From positions 4,096,001 to 4,160,000 of the forward strand of contig OY761158.1 in assembly GCA_963664405.1 (NCBI GenBank): a stretch of DNA of 64,000 bases, in the 5' to 3' direction. The notes beneath the pieces are model-generated. The model was given only the letters and a program-made list of their open reading frames with translations, had not been told where the DNA came from and searched no databases. Positions 19,195-29,386 of this stretch are shown here, piece after piece. A program made the position numbers and the translations under genes. Numbering within the stretch: the first letter of the stretch is position 1; every line of letters begins with the position of its first letter. This DNA is from Thermoanaerobaculia bacterium. Lineage in GTDB: Bacteria > Acidobacteriota > Thermoanaerobaculia > Multivoradales > Multivoraceae.

Positions 19195-20321
19195 GAGTTC
19201 CCCTGATCGAGCTCGATATGGCCGTTCAGGAGAAGCTTTCGAAACACCAGCTGAGCCTCGAGCGGCGGTAGCGGGCTGATCTTGAGGATCGACTCGATGT
19301 CATAGCTGCCGTCGATCCGCGACAGAACGAAACCCTCTTCGGGAGACAGTCTGAGATGCTCGACCTCCTCGGGTGTGACTGTAACTTTCGGCACGGCGCG
19401 CAGCAGTAGCCCCTCTTCTTTCATCAGGGCCCGCATCCTCTCTTCGGCTTCTCGGATCGCGGTCTCGGTATCTTCTCCGTTGGGATCCAGGCTACGGGCG
19501 GCTCTGAGGTGCCGGAGAGCGCGTGGAAGGTCGGCGCGCTTGATGCAGGCGTTGGCGATGTCGAGCAGGGTCTCCGCCTCGACCGTCGTCAGAGCCTCAC
19601 TCGACGGTTGGATCTCCTCGATCCTGGGCTGCACGATCTTCACCACGCCCTGTTGGAACTTCTCGAAGATGGTCCGGCAGACGAAGAACTCAGAGGAGTG
19701 GGTCTCGACGCAGATCTCTTCTACGGACCGATCGTCGTTGACCATCTCGAGCACGTGCTGCTCGCCGGTGGTGAGGTTCTCGTCGCTTAGGTCGCCGACA
19801 GAGACGACGACGCACTTGATCGAGGGGATGGTGTTGCGGATGCGCCTCCACTCGTCGAGTCTCTCCATGCCCTGCATCACCACCGCCGGCACTTCCAGTG
19901 TCATCGGCACCATCGCGTCGGAGTTGAACTCCTCGTCGAGGAAGCGAAACTCGCCGAGGCTCCAAGAGAACATGTCGAAGATGCTCTCCTGGGCCTTGCG
20001 CCGCAACAGCTCCTGGAGCTCCTCCTCGGAGATTACCCCCTCTGTAACGAGGATCTTGCCAAGGAACATCCCCGTGTCTTGTTGCTGAGTCATCGCCTCT
20101 GCGAGCTTGCTCTCTGCAAGATAGCCTTGACTTACCAGAAAGTGGCCGAGCTGCTCTGTGGGGTTGTCGGACCCGGTTGCGATAATGCGACCCTTGCGGA
20201 AGTAGATCTGCTTTTGGATGTGATCCTGGCTGATTCTCAACATGCCGGTCTTGCCGGACTGAGAGACCCACTGCAGAAGCTCGGCGAGCTCCATGGTTTG
20301 AAGGTTTCCGGAAATGCTCAT
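19191..20321 (-). CDS. DUF4388 (PatA_N-like) domain protein with TPR-like repeat
   Basis: MSISGNLQTMELAELLQW...KTGML, LGKILV and W..GEFRF pattern. Confidence 0.8.
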   Translation of the reverse strand: MSISGNLQTMELAELLQWVSQSGKTGMLRISQDHIQKQIYFRKGRIIATGSDNPTEQLGHFLVSQGYLAESKLAEAMTQQQDTGMFLGKILVTEGVISEEELQELLRRKAQESIFDMFSWSLGEFRFLDEEFNSDAMVPMTLEVPAVVMQGMERLDEWRRIRNTIPSIKCVVVSVGDLSDENLTTGEQHVLEMVNDDRSVEEICVETHSSEFFVCRTIFEKFQQGVVKIVQPRIEEIQPSSEALTTVEAETLLDIANACIKRADLPRALRHLRAARSLDPNGEDTETAIREAEERMRALMKEEGLLLRAVPKVTVTPEEVEHLRLSPEEGFVLSRIDGSYDIESILKISPLPPLEAQLVFRKLLLNGHIELDQGNS

Positions 20322-20379
20322 AAGTGAAGAGAGGGGAGAGAGTCGGCCATTATAGCCGCGACCGGCTCCGGAGTGGCGC

Positions 20380-21354
20380 TCAGAAGAACACCGGAGAGGA
20401 GGTGTCCTCTCGGTGGATGCTATCGACGAAGCGGATGAGCCGTCGTTCCGACGACATCAAGAGAGTGTGGGTGCGGTAGCCCCCTCCGAAGAAGCGAACG
20501 CCCTGCAATAGCTCGCCGGGGGTGACCCCGGTGCAGCTGAACAGTATCTCTTCCCCTGGCGCGAGATCCTCTGTCTCGTAGAGGCGGTCGAGATCGCTGA
20601 TGCCGACCTCCTCGAGGCGCTTGAGATGCTTGTCGGAGAGCGCCACCAGTCGACCTTGTATCTCGCCTCCGAGGCAGCGCATCGCTGCGGCCGTCAGCAC
20701 GCCCTCGGGTGCTCCTCCGGTGCCCATCACTGCATGGACGCCGGTGCCACGCACTGCCGCCGAGATGCCGGCGGATAGGTCGCCGTCAGAGATGAGGCGG
20801 ATGCGTGCGCCCGCCACCCGGATGTCGTGAATGAGTTGGTGGTGTCGTTCTCTTTCCAGAACGACGATGGTGAGATCGGTGACCTCCCGCTCGAAGGCCT
20901 GGGCGATGCTGCGGAGATTCTCGGCAACCGGCGCATCGATATGAACCTTGCCGCGCGCCGTCGGCCCGACGACGATCTTCTGCATGTAGATATCGGGGGC
21001 GTGAAGAAGGCCTCCTCTCTCGGAAGCCGCAAGCACGGCGACCGCGCCGGGAGAACCGGTGGCGCAGAGGTTGGTTCCCTCCAAGGGGTCGACCGCGATA
21101 TCTACCTGAGGAGAGCCGTCCCTTCCCTTACCGAGCTCTTCGCCTACGAAGAGCATCGGGGCCTCGTCCCTTTCGCCTTCTCCGATGACCACTCGGCCGT
21201 CGAAGTCGATTTCGCCGAGACGGATGCGCATGGCTTCGACGGCGACGGCGTCCGCCCGGTGCCGATCGCCGAGACCCATGGTCTGGGCGCAGGCGTGAGC
21301 AGCCTTCTCGGTAACGTCGACGAGGTCTTGCTCGAAGAGTCGCTCCAAGCTCAT
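20380..21354 (-). CDS. glpX: Class II fructose-1,6-bisphosphatase
   Basis: [34 protein letters not shown] and GGAPEGV; ATGA overlap with the upstream gene. Confidence 0.95.
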   Translation of the reverse strand: MSLERLFEQDLVDVTEKAAHACAQTMGLGDRHRADAVAVEAMRIRLGEIDFDGRVVIGEGERDEAPMLFVGEELGKGRDGSPQVDIAVDPLEGTNLCATGSPGAVAVLAASERGGLLHAPDIYMQKIVVGPTARGKVHIDAPVAENLRSIAQAFEREVTDLTIVVLERERHHQLIHDIRVAGARIRLISDGDLSAGISAAVRGTGVHAVMGTGGAPEGVLTAAAMRCLGGEIQGRLVALSDKHLKRLEEVGISDLDRLYETEDLAPGEEILFSCTGVTPGELLQGVRFFGGGYRTHTLLMSSERRLIRFVDSIHREDTSSPVFF

Positions 21355-22574
21355 CCAGATACTGCCTTGATCGAAGCCTCTCGTGCGGCAGAGCTTGACA
21401 TTGGGGGCTGAAAGGCGGGAATGCCTGTGATCTCCTGACCGATTACGAGTCCGTGGATATCGTGTGTGCCTTCGTAGGTGTAGACTGATTCGATGTTCAA
21501 CATGTGTCGGATCACCGGGTAGTCGTCGACGATACCGTTGGCGCCGAGGATCTCGCGGGCCAATTTGGCCGACTCGCGGGCAACCCATACGTTGTTGCGC
21601 TTGGCGAGGGAAATGTGTGGAGGCGTGATCTTGCCCCGGTCTTTCAATTGAGCCAGTTGGTAGGCGAGTAACTGACCCTTGGTGATCTCGCTGATCATCC
21701 ACGTCAGTTTCTCTTGAACGAGTTGGTGACAGGCGATGGGCTGCCCGCCGAACTGGACGCGTTCTTTGGCGTACTCGAGAGCGGTATGGTAGCTCTCCAT
21801 CGCAGAGCCGATCCCTCCCCAGGCGATCCCGTAACGTGCATGAGAGAGAGTGTCGAGCGCGCTCTTCAGGCCTCTGCCGCCCGGCAGTACGTTTTCGGCT
21901 GGGATGCGACAGTCGAGAAACCCGAGCTCGGAGGTCACCGACGTCCGCAACGAGAATTTCCCGTGCTGGTCCGAAGTGGTGAAGCCAGGCGTTCCCTTTT
22001 CCACCAAGAATGCCTGGATTCCTTCATCGGTGCGCGCCCAGACAATGGCCACGTCAGCCAGAGAACCGTTGGTGATCCACTGTTTTGCGCCATTGAGAAC
22101 CCAGCTGTCCCCGTCTCGTCGCGCCCTGGTTCGCATCGCCGCCGGGTTGGATCCGAAGTCAGGCTCGGTCAGGCCGAAGCAGCCGATCGCTTTGCCCGAG
22201 GCCAGTGCCGGGATCCAGCGATCCTTCTGCTCCTGGGTGCCCAGGGTGTAGATGGGGTACATGACGAGCGAGCTCTGGACCGAAACCATGCTTCGAATGC
22301 CCGAGTCGCCTCGCTCGAGCTCTTGCATGACCAAACCATAAGCCACTCCGCCTAGTCCGGGCAGGTCGTAGTCGTCGATCCAGGCCCCGAAGAGGCCGAG
22401 ATCAGCGATCTCGGGAACGAGCTCGAGCGGAGCCCGTGCGTCGCGGTGACACTCTTCGATGATGGGTTTGACTCGATCTTCGACAAATGCACGAACCGTG
22501 TCGCGGATGAGACGCTCTTCGTCGGTGAGAAGGGCATCGAAGTCCATGAAGTCGACACCTGTAAATCGGGTCAC
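21351..22574 (-). CDS. Acyl-CoA dehydrogenase, glutaryl-CoA dehydrogenase-like
   Basis: [28 protein letters not shown] and [10 protein letters not shown]; AGGAGG RBS before GTG. Confidence 0.88.
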   Translation of the reverse strand: MTRFTGVDFMDFDALLTDEERLIRDTVRAFVEDRVKPIIEECHRDARAPLELVPEIADLGLFGAWIDDYDLPGLGGVAYGLVMQELERGDSGIRSMVSVQSSLVMYPIYTLGTQEQKDRWIPALASGKAIGCFGLTEPDFGSNPAAMRTRARRDGDSWVLNGAKQWITNGSLADVAIVWARTDEGIQAFLVEKGTPGFTTSDQHGKFSLRTSVTSELGFLDCRIPAENVLPGGRGLKSALDTLSHARYGIAWGGIGSAMESYHTALEYAKERVQFGGQPIACHQLVQEKLTWMISEITKGQLLAYQLAQLKDRGKITPPHISLAKRNNVWVARESAKLAREILGANGIVDDYPVIRHMLNIESVYTYEGTHDIHGLVIGQEITGIPAFQPPMSSSAAREASIKAVSG

Positions 22575-22769
22575 GATCAACCTCCTGTGCGGGTTGTCCG
22601 ATGTTTAGAACAACGATGAAAAGAGCCGATCTCCGGTCTGGGAGGGGGCTTCGCGTACAATCGCCACACCCTGCGCGGCGGGCGGGATGATAGCACGGGC
22701 CTTCGCGGCATTCGCCCCTTTCCTCGGCCCATCGGAGATGCTGTTGTCTCGAGGAAAGGCTGAGACGGT

Positions 22770-23606
22770 ATGGAGTGGTTGAGGCTCGTAGGTCCGCTGG
22801 CGCTCTCTCTTATCGCCGTCCTTTTCGTCGAGGCGCGGATGGAGAAGCGCGGTCTGGTGCCGCCGCGATTTCGCGGGCGAGCCCAGGGTATTCCCGACAT
22901 CGATTCGATCGCTCGGCGGGGTCTTGCTTCCGTTGGCCTTCTTTTGACTTTCTGGGTGGCGATCTTTGCTTCGCTTTCTACCCTTGGGGCTGGCGTGCCG
23001 GTCGATCTCGACGATCTCGAGATCCCGCAGCTCTTCGCTCTCCACGGCCTGCTTGCGCTGATGCTTGCCGGTTGGTATGGATTGGGGTTTCTGCCCCATC
23101 GTGGCGAGGCTACGACCTGGCAGGCACAGTTCGGCCTGCGCGCCCGCAGTGTTCCCTTCGAGCTGGCGATCGGTGCCGCTGCCGGATTTGGGGTGTGGCT
23201 GGTTGCGATCGCGGTCCTGGTCGTCCTGTCTGCTCTGATAGCAGCCTTTGGCGGGGCGGAGGCCCTACCTGATGAACCTTCGGGGATGGTGCTTTGGATC
23301 GTCGGACTACCGCTGCCGGTCCGCATAATGCTGGCTCTGTCTGCGGGGGTTTTTGAAGAGATCTTTTTTCGAGGCTTTTTGCAACCTCGAGTTGGTGTGG
23401 GGCTCTCGACCGCGCTCTTTGTGCTCGCTCACACGAGTTACGAGCAGCCCTTCATGTTGATTGGCGTCGGCGTGCTGTCCCTTCTCTTCGCGCAGCTCGT
23501 GCGCTTGCGACAGAGCATCTGGGCCGCGATTGCAGCGCATGCGATCTTTGACCTCGTTCAGTTGATCTTCGTCATTCCTCTGGCGCAGAGGATGCTCGAG
23601 TCCTAG
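22770..23606 (+). CDS. CPBP (Abi/CAAX) intramembrane glutamic endopeptidase
   Basis: EEIFFRG, FVLAH and AAHAIFD motifs; multiple TMs. Confidence 0.9.
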   Translation: MEWLRLVGPLALSLIAVLFVEARMEKRGLVPPRFRGRAQGIPDIDSIARRGLASVGLLLTFWVAIFASLSTLGAGVPVDLDDLEIPQLFALHGLLALMLAGWYGLGFLPHRGEATTWQAQFGLRARSVPFELAIGAAAGFGVWLVAIAVLVVLSALIAAFGGAEALPDEPSGMVLWIVGLPLPVRIMLALSAGVFEEIFFRGFLQPRVGVGLSTALFVLAHTSYEQPFMLIGVGVLSLLFAQLVRLRQSIWAAIAAHAIFDLVQLIFVIPLAQRMLES

Positions 23607-23680
23607 GAGCGGCTGCGGGTAGGTAGGCTATTTGACGCTCGTTTCTATCTGTTAGACTTCGGTTCCGAGAAAGGCGGGTC

Positions 23681-24142
23681 GTGGCGAGCCCCGATAGCCA
23701 GTTTCATCTAACTCTCGTCAGCAAATTCGAGAACATCGAGCTCGTCCAGGTTGTGGTCGACGAGTCGTTGAGCCGTCTGGCCTGTGATGAGGACACTCGC
23801 TATTGGGTGGGCATTGCGGTTCGCGAGGCGGTTGCGAATGCGATCAAGCACGGCAACCGGCAGGATGAGAGCAAGAAGGTCGATGTCGACCTTCTCGTCG
23901 AGGAGGATGACTTGGTGATTTGTGTGGCTGACGAGGGAGGGGGCTTCGATCCGGATCAGGTAGCTGATCCCCTGGCTGCCGAGAACCTTCTAAAACCCGA
24001 CGGCCGCGGTATCTTCTACATGGGGAAGTTCATGGATGAAATTCGGTACAGTTTCAAGACGGATGGAGGAACCGAGGTAACTCTACGAAAGCGAATTGCT
24101 TTCGAGGGCTCGGAGGAGAGGCACGAGGGACAACAGTCATGA
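23681..24142 (+). CDS. Anti-sigma factor Ser/Thr kinase (RsbW-like)
   Basis: HATPase_c_2 motifs EAVANAIKHGN, DEGGGFD and GRGI. Confidence 0.9.
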   Translation: MASPDSQFHLTLVSKFENIELVQVVVDESLSRLACDEDTRYWVGIAVREAVANAIKHGNRQDESKKVDVDLLVEEDDLVICVADEGGGFDPDQVADPLAAENLLKPDGRGIFYMGKFMDEIRYSFKTDGGTEVTLRKRIAFEGSEERHEGQQS

Positions 24143-24474
24143 AGATCAAAATTCGGCAGAAGCAGGGGATCACAATTCTTCAGCCCAAGGGCAAGATCAC
24201 GATCGGTTCGGGAGACATCGCCCTCCGCGACTCGGTCATCGAGGCGCTGGAGTCTGGGGCACGCGACCTTCTCATCAATCTGACGGACGTTTCCACCATC
24301 GACTCCTCCGGGATCGGTGAGCTGGTCGCCGCCTACACTACTGTGACCAACAGAGGAGGGAAGCTCAAGCTCGTCGGGCTACCTCCGAAGGTGAGCGACA
24401 TTCTCTAGATCACCCAGTTGGTCACGGTGTTCGAGGTCATGGACACCGAAGACGAGGCGCTCGCCACCTTCTGA
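24139..24474 (+). pseudogene. Anti-sigma factor antagonist (STAS, RsbV-like) with in-frame TAG at codon 90
   Basis: IDSSGIGELV phospho-Ser motif; after TAG (24406-24408) the frame continues ITQLVTVFEVMDTEDEALATF-TGA, the expected STAS C-terminus. Confidence 0.85.
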
Positions 24475-24506
24475 GCCGACCTCAGCGCGCGATCTTCGTT
24501 CTCGGC

Positions 24507-25580
24507 TTGGCGCTCCTGGCGAGCGCCGCGGCGCCGCCTCGCCGGGAACAAGATCTGGTGTCTCTGCGCCGAGAGATTTCCGAGCTCGAGACGCGTCTGA
24601 GAGATGCTCGGATGCGGAGCCGTAGCCTGTCGGGTCGTCTTCGCGAGACCGAGCTCGATCTCCAGCTACAAGAGAGCCGCGTGCGAGAAGCGAGTCTGGG
24701 CTTCGAGCTCTCTCTCAGTCGGATCGACGAAAGTGAGAGATCGGTCGAGGATCTCGAATCCCGCCTTCAGGGCTTGCGCGTTTCGCTGCGTAATCATGTC
24801 CTGGTGCTGAGCGGCCTCGGGCGTCAGCGCTACCTTCGCCTGCTTCTCGCCTTGCGTCCCGAAGGCGACGTCGTGGCCGGGGTTCGCCAGCTGCGCTACC
24901 TCGCGCGTCGTGACGCCATGGCGGTCGAGAGGTTCGAGGCCTTGGAGCGCCGAGTCTCCCGCCAACGCGCCGCCCTTGCGGTGGAGCAGGCGAGGCTGAA
25001 GTCCTGGCTCCAGCAGGAAGAGGAGCGTCGTGCGTCTTTGGAGGTGGTGCGAAGCCGGCACCAGAGCCTTGCCCGCGAGGCAAACTCGGTGCGTAGACGA
25101 CTGGAGAGCCGATCGGCCTCGTTGGTCGAGCGGGAGGCGCGTTTGGGGAGAATGATCGAGCTGGTGGCGCAGCAAGACACGGCGACTTTGGACTCGGCTC
25201 CGATACAGGATTTCAAAGGAGTGTTGGATTGGCCGCTCGAAGGCCGGGTGGTCACCGATTTCGGCCCTCGTCTTGACCCGCGGTATCGCACCCAGGTCCC
25301 CCACAACGGGATCGCGATAGCCGCCGCCAAGCAGCTGGTCGTGGTCCCGGTGTACCCGGGCGAAGTTCTCTTTGCCGCTCCCTTTCAGGGCTATGGATTG
25401 ACCGTCGTGATCCAGCACGCCGGGGATGTCCTGACCCTCTATGCGGGCGTCGACAGCTTGGAAGTGGCGAAGGGCGATGTGGTATCTTTGGGTGATGTTC
25501 TGGGAGCCGCAGCCGGAGAAATCTACTTCGAGCTACGCGAGAGGAATCGCGCGGTTGATCCCCTTGACTGGCTCAGATGA
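24507..25580 (+). CDS. envC: Murein hydrolase activator EnvC-like (coiled coil + degenerate M23)
   Basis: Long coiled coil then WPLEG..., HNGIAI, GYGLTVVIQH and IYFELR; Zn ligands degenerate; true start may be ~24471. Confidence 0.8.
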   Translation: MALLASAAAPPRREQDLVSLRREISELETRLRDARMRSRSLSGRLRETELDLQLQESRVREASLGFELSLSRIDESERSVEDLESRLQGLRVSLRNHVLVLSGLGRQRYLRLLLALRPEGDVVAGVRQLRYLARRDAMAVERFEALERRVSRQRAALAVEQARLKSWLQQEEERRASLEVVRSRHQSLAREANSVRRRLESRSASLVEREARLGRMIELVAQQDTATLDSAPIQDFKGVLDWPLEGRVVTDFGPRLDPRYRTQVPHNGIAIAAAKQLVVVPVYPGEVLFAAPFQGYGLTVVIQHAGDVLTLYAGVDSLEVAKGDVVSLGDVLGAAAGEIYFELRERNRAVDPLDWLR

Positions 25581-25592
25581 CGAGGGTCGAGC

Positions 25593-26765
25593 ATGAGTCA
25601 TAGTCGGCTGGTCTTCGTGGCGGTCTCGGGCGTCTTGGTGCTGTCGATTCTTTCGGGCACCCTCTTTGGTGCGTCGGCGCTCGACGGCGAGGCTGAGGAA
25701 GGATCGATCTACAAGTATCTCTCTGTTTTCACGGAGGTGTTGCGGTTGGTTCGTCAGGCCTATGTCGACGAGACCGATGTGCGCACGCTCATGCACGGAG
25801 CCTTCGAGGGAGCTCCGGACGCGCTCGATCCGTTTTCGATGTACGTCCCCGAGGAAGGAATCGAGTCCTTCGTTGCGGCCCGAGAGGTGGGCTCGCGCCG
25901 GAGCGGTATTCGTATTGTGAAGGAGCGAGGGGTGGCTTATGTCGTTGCGGTCCAGGACGAGGGACCGGCGGCGGAGATCGGTATTCAGCGTGGCGACATC
26001 GTTGCGGAGATGGATGGCCTTTCGACTCGCGGACTCCCGCTGTGGCGGATTGAAGAGCAATTGGCGGCGGAGGTCGGCACCGAGATCGAGCTGGAGATTC
26101 TTCGCGCGGGGGAAACTCGAGACCTGGTCCTCGAGCTCTCCGATTTCAGCCCACCGCTGGCTTCGCTGGAGCAGGTCGAAGGTACGCCGCTGCTGCGCAT
26201 CGCCAGCTTCGCGCCCGAGGCTGTTGCCAAGATACGGGGCCTGCTCGAGGGTGTAGTTGGGTCCAAGATGCTCATCGACGTTCGTGGTGTCGCGTGGGGA
26301 GATACGGAGTCGGCTTACGATGTTGCGAAGCTCTTCGCCTCAGGCGAGCTCGGGTCCCTGGTCAATCGGCACGGTCGCCTTCAGACCTTCAAGGCCGACG
26401 GCGCGGCAACCTGGCTCGGAAGCCTTGTGCTTCTGGTGGATCGTGGTGCTCAGGGCCCGGCCGAAGTTTTCGCTAAAGTGCTCCAGCAGAGCTCCGGTGC
26501 CAAGTTGGTCGGCCAGCCTACTTTCGGTCATGCAGGCCGCTCGCGGGTGGTGGAGCTGAACGCCGGCGGCTCTCTGGTGATCACTGAAGCGTTCTATACC
26601 GGTCCCGATGGAGAGCCGCTCAACGAAGCGGTGGAGCCCGATCTAATGGTCGGAAACCGCTCGCGAAGCTTCAAGGAGCTAGACGAGTCGCTCGAGGACC
26701 TCACCCTCCAGCGCGGTCTCGAGCTGCTCCTCTCCGATCAGTCCGAAGTGAAGAAAGCGGCCTGA
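25593..26765 (+). CDS. S41/CtpA-like PDZ protease homologue lacking canonical catalytic residues
   Basis: LDPFSMY, PDZ (GPAAEIGIQRGD) and S41 architecture; SASASE replaced by AQGPAE, TFGKG replaced by TFGHA. Confidence 0.8.
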   Translation: MSHSRLVFVAVSGVLVLSILSGTLFGASALDGEAEEGSIYKYLSVFTEVLRLVRQAYVDETDVRTLMHGAFEGAPDALDPFSMYVPEEGIESFVAAREVGSRRSGIRIVKERGVAYVVAVQDEGPAAEIGIQRGDIVAEMDGLSTRGLPLWRIEEQLAAEVGTEIELEILRAGETRDLVLELSDFSPPLASLEQVEGTPLLRIASFAPEAVAKIRGLLEGVVGSKMLIDVRGVAWGDTESAYDVAKLFASGELGSLVNRHGRLQTFKADGAATWLGSLVLLVDRGAQGPAEVFAKVLQQSSGAKLVGQPTFGHAGRSRVVELNAGGSLVITEAFYTGPDGEPLNEAVEPDLMVGNRSRSFKELDESLEDLTLQRGLELLLSDQSEVKKAA

Positions 26766-26832
26766 GCGCCGTCTTCCTTTTCGCGGTGGCCAGTGCGGCC
26801 GGCGGGGGCACTCCGCCCCCCCCCCCCGAGTC

Positions 26833-29367
26833 TCAGTTGTGGCGCAGGCTTTCGATGGGGCGTCGTTGTAGGGCTCCCCAGCTGGCTCCGACACCGGCGA
26901 TCGTGCTGAGGGCGACACTCCAGGCGACCGCTCGAGCGTAGGCGGCAGGGGCGAAGGTCCATTGCAGCTCCATGCCGCGGGTCAGCGCGATCCAGGCTAC
27001 GACTCCGCCACCGGCGGCTCCGATGAGCCCGGCGACAAGGCCGAGAAGGGCGTACTCGGTGGCGAAGAGAGCCATGACTCCTCGTCGTTGCATGCCCAGG
27101 GTCTTGAGCAGAGCCACTTCGCGACCGCGTCGGCTCGACTCGACAGCGACAGTCGCGGCGAGGATGACTAAGCCGCAGATCAGCGTGAAGCCGCCGAGGA
27201 AGGAGATCCCCCAACCGAGCCGCTCGAGGAGTGCGACGATCTTTTCTAAAATCTCTCGCACATTGACCACGGTGATGTTGGGAAAGGCGCTGACGATCAG
27301 GTCCTGGGTCTGCTGCTCACTGCCCCGGGGGAGCTGAGCTGTGGCGAGCCTGAGCTGGGGCGCCTCTTCGAGGGCGCCAGGCTCGGCGATGAGGAAGAAG
27401 TTGATCGCGAAGCTCTCCCACTCGACCGAGCGCAGGCTGGTGACCGTAAAGCTCATCGGCAAGCCTTGGATGTCGAGCTCCAACTCGCTGCCGAGCTCAA
27501 CGCCTAGATCTTGCGCGAACTCTTCTTCGACACTGATCTCGAGGCGCTCTGGATCTCCCCACAGGCTGCCTGAGATGAGGGTATTGCCCTCTGGAAGCGT
27601 GTCCAAGTAGGTGAGACGCTGCTCTCGGGTCATCGCCCACTTCCTGCCGCCGCGGCCGCTCTCTTCGACCAGCTCTGTCGTGCTCCGACCGTCGATGGCG
27701 CGGAGACGGGCCATGACCATCGGCACCGATTGGACCTGATCGGCGCCCTGGCTTTCGAGTAGCTCTTGTAGAGGAGCCCATTGGCCCGGTTGCACGTCGA
27801 TGAAGAAGACGGAGGGCGCATTCTCGGGCAGCTCGGATTGAATTTGCTCCCGAAGTTGTGACTGCACCTGAGAGGTGGCGAAGACGACGAGGAGCCCGAG
27901 TCCCAACGCGACGATGGCGCCTAGGGTTGCCGCTCCTGGCCGCGCGAGCGACGCCAGGCCGTGTCGGAGCCACACCCGACCTAGCTCACGGGGAAGCCGA
28001 CGGACCCCGGCAGTGAGCGCGCTGGCGGCGATAGCCAGGGCGACCGCAGTGGCGAGTAGGCCGCCGGTGAATTGCGCACCGAGGACGGCAGAACCGGCCT
28101 GCGCACTCGCCAAGAGGCCAACGCCGAGAATCAGTGTCACACCGGTGGCTAGGGCCATAGAGCGAGTCCCCGAAAGCGGCTCGGCGTCCTGGCGGAGGAC
28201 ACGAGCTGGAGGGACTCGCAGAACCCGAGTCAGAGGGGGGAGGCTGAAGAGCGCAGTAACGCCGAGGCCCAAGGCCATTCCACGTACCATCACGATGGGC
28301 TGCCAGGAGTGGAGTAACTCGCTTGGAACGAGGTCGCGCAGGAAGAGCGGTAGGATCGTGAGCAGGGCCATGCCTGCGAGGCAGCCGGCGGCGCTGCCGA
28401 CGCCGCCGAGGAGAAAGGCCTGTCCGAGGTAGAGACAGAATGCCTCACGGGGTCTGACGCCTAGGCACTTGAGCACCGCAATGGCGTCCATCCGGCTCGC
28501 TACCCAGGTGCGGACCGCCTGGCCGACGCCTACGCCGCCGATCAGAAGTGACAAGAGCGCGATCAGACCCAGATAGTGCTCGAGCCGGGCCAGCCCGCGC
28601 CTGAGAGCCGGCTGGGCCTCCTCGTAGGTCTCGACGCGGAAGCCTTGGTCGCGCGGCGCAACGGACTCCAGCGCTGCCGCCAGGGAGTGGAGGCGCGAGA
28701 GGGGAGTGGCTGCGGGCAGTTGGATCAGAAGACGGTGTTCCACCCGACTCCCCGTGCTCTCCAGAGGCGTGAGGGCCAGCCCTTCCTCCGAGAGGAAGAT
28801 CCGGGGACCGAGTGTGAAGGCTCCGCCAATACGATCGGGCTCGTTCAGAACCGTGCCCTTGACCTCGAAAGAGTGGCCGCCGATGAGCAGCCTGTCTCCG
28901 ACGTCGATGTCGAGTCTAGCGAGCAGGTCTGGAGCCACCACGACTCCGTCCGGCACTAGCAGGCTCGCCAGGGAGCGACTTGGCTCGATCTCTAGATCTC
29001 CATAGAAGGGGTAGGCCTCATCCACTACTTTGAGCTCGACGAGCTGGCTTCTCGCGATACCCGTGGAGCGAGCGGCCGCAACGATCGTGACCATCTCGCG
29101 CACCCGCGAATGAGCGCTGCCGGGAGCCTGGTCGATCAAGAGGTCCAAGGCCTCTCGGGGGATTGGCTGTCCACCCCTGATCGAAAGATCTGCGGCTAGG
29201 AGGTCCTTGGCTTCTCCCCGGATGCCGCTGTCCAGACCGCGGGAGAGACCTGCGACCACGACCACCGCCGCGACTCCGATAGCCAGGCAGACTACGAAGA
29301 AGAGGAGCTGGTGGAGGGCACCGCGCAGCTCCCGCACGGTATAGCGGAGGAGGAAGCCGGAAGTCAC
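26833..29367 (-). CDS. ybbP: YbbP-like ABC permease (duplicated FtsX/MacB-type)
   Basis: AADL, IAVLKCLG, APSVFFIDVQP, R.VEWESF.INF and EVALLKTLG. Confidence 0.85.
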   Translation of the reverse strand: MTSGFLLRYTVRELRGALHQLLFFVVCLAIGVAAVVVVAGLSRGLDSGIRGEAKDLLAADLSIRGGQPIPREALDLLIDQAPGSAHSRVREMVTIVAAARSTGIARSQLVELKVVDEAYPFYGDLEIEPSRSLASLLVPDGVVVAPDLLARLDIDVGDRLLIGGHSFEVKGTVLNEPDRIGGAFTLGPRIFLSEEGLALTPLESTGSRVEHRLLIQLPAATPLSRLHSLAAALESVAPRDQGFRVETYEEAQPALRRGLARLEHYLGLIALLSLLIGGVGVGQAVRTWVASRMDAIAVLKCLGVRPREAFCLYLGQAFLLGGVGSAAGCLAGMALLTILPLFLRDLVPSELLHSWQPIVMVRGMALGLGVTALFSLPPLTRVLRVPPARVLRQDAEPLSGTRSMALATGVTLILGVGLLASAQAGSAVLGAQFTGGLLATAVALAIAASALTAGVRRLPRELGRVWLRHGLASLARPGAATLGAIVALGLGLLVVFATSQVQSQLREQIQSELPENAPSVFFIDVQPGQWAPLQELLESQGADQVQSVPMVMARLRAIDGRSTTELVEESGRGGRKWAMTREQRLTYLDTLPEGNTLISGSLWGDPERLEISVEEEFAQDLGVELGSELELDIQGLPMSFTVTSLRSVEWESFAINFFLIAEPGALEEAPQLRLATAQLPRGSEQQTQDLIVSAFPNITVVNVREILEKIVALLERLGWGISFLGGFTLICGLVILAATVAVESSRRGREVALLKTLGMQRRGVMALFATEYALLGLVAGLIGAAGGGVVAWIALTRGMELQWTFAPAAYARAVAWSVALSTIAGVGASWGALQRRPIESLRHN

Positions 29368-29386
29368 TTGGGCACTCGCTCGGTTC

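Noticed and set aside
24406-24408. Genome-wide TAG reassignment (Gln or pyrrolysine)
   Set aside because: metH, hflC, mazG, hspR and others end in TAG at plausible or expected C-termini; only one internal TAG was seen.
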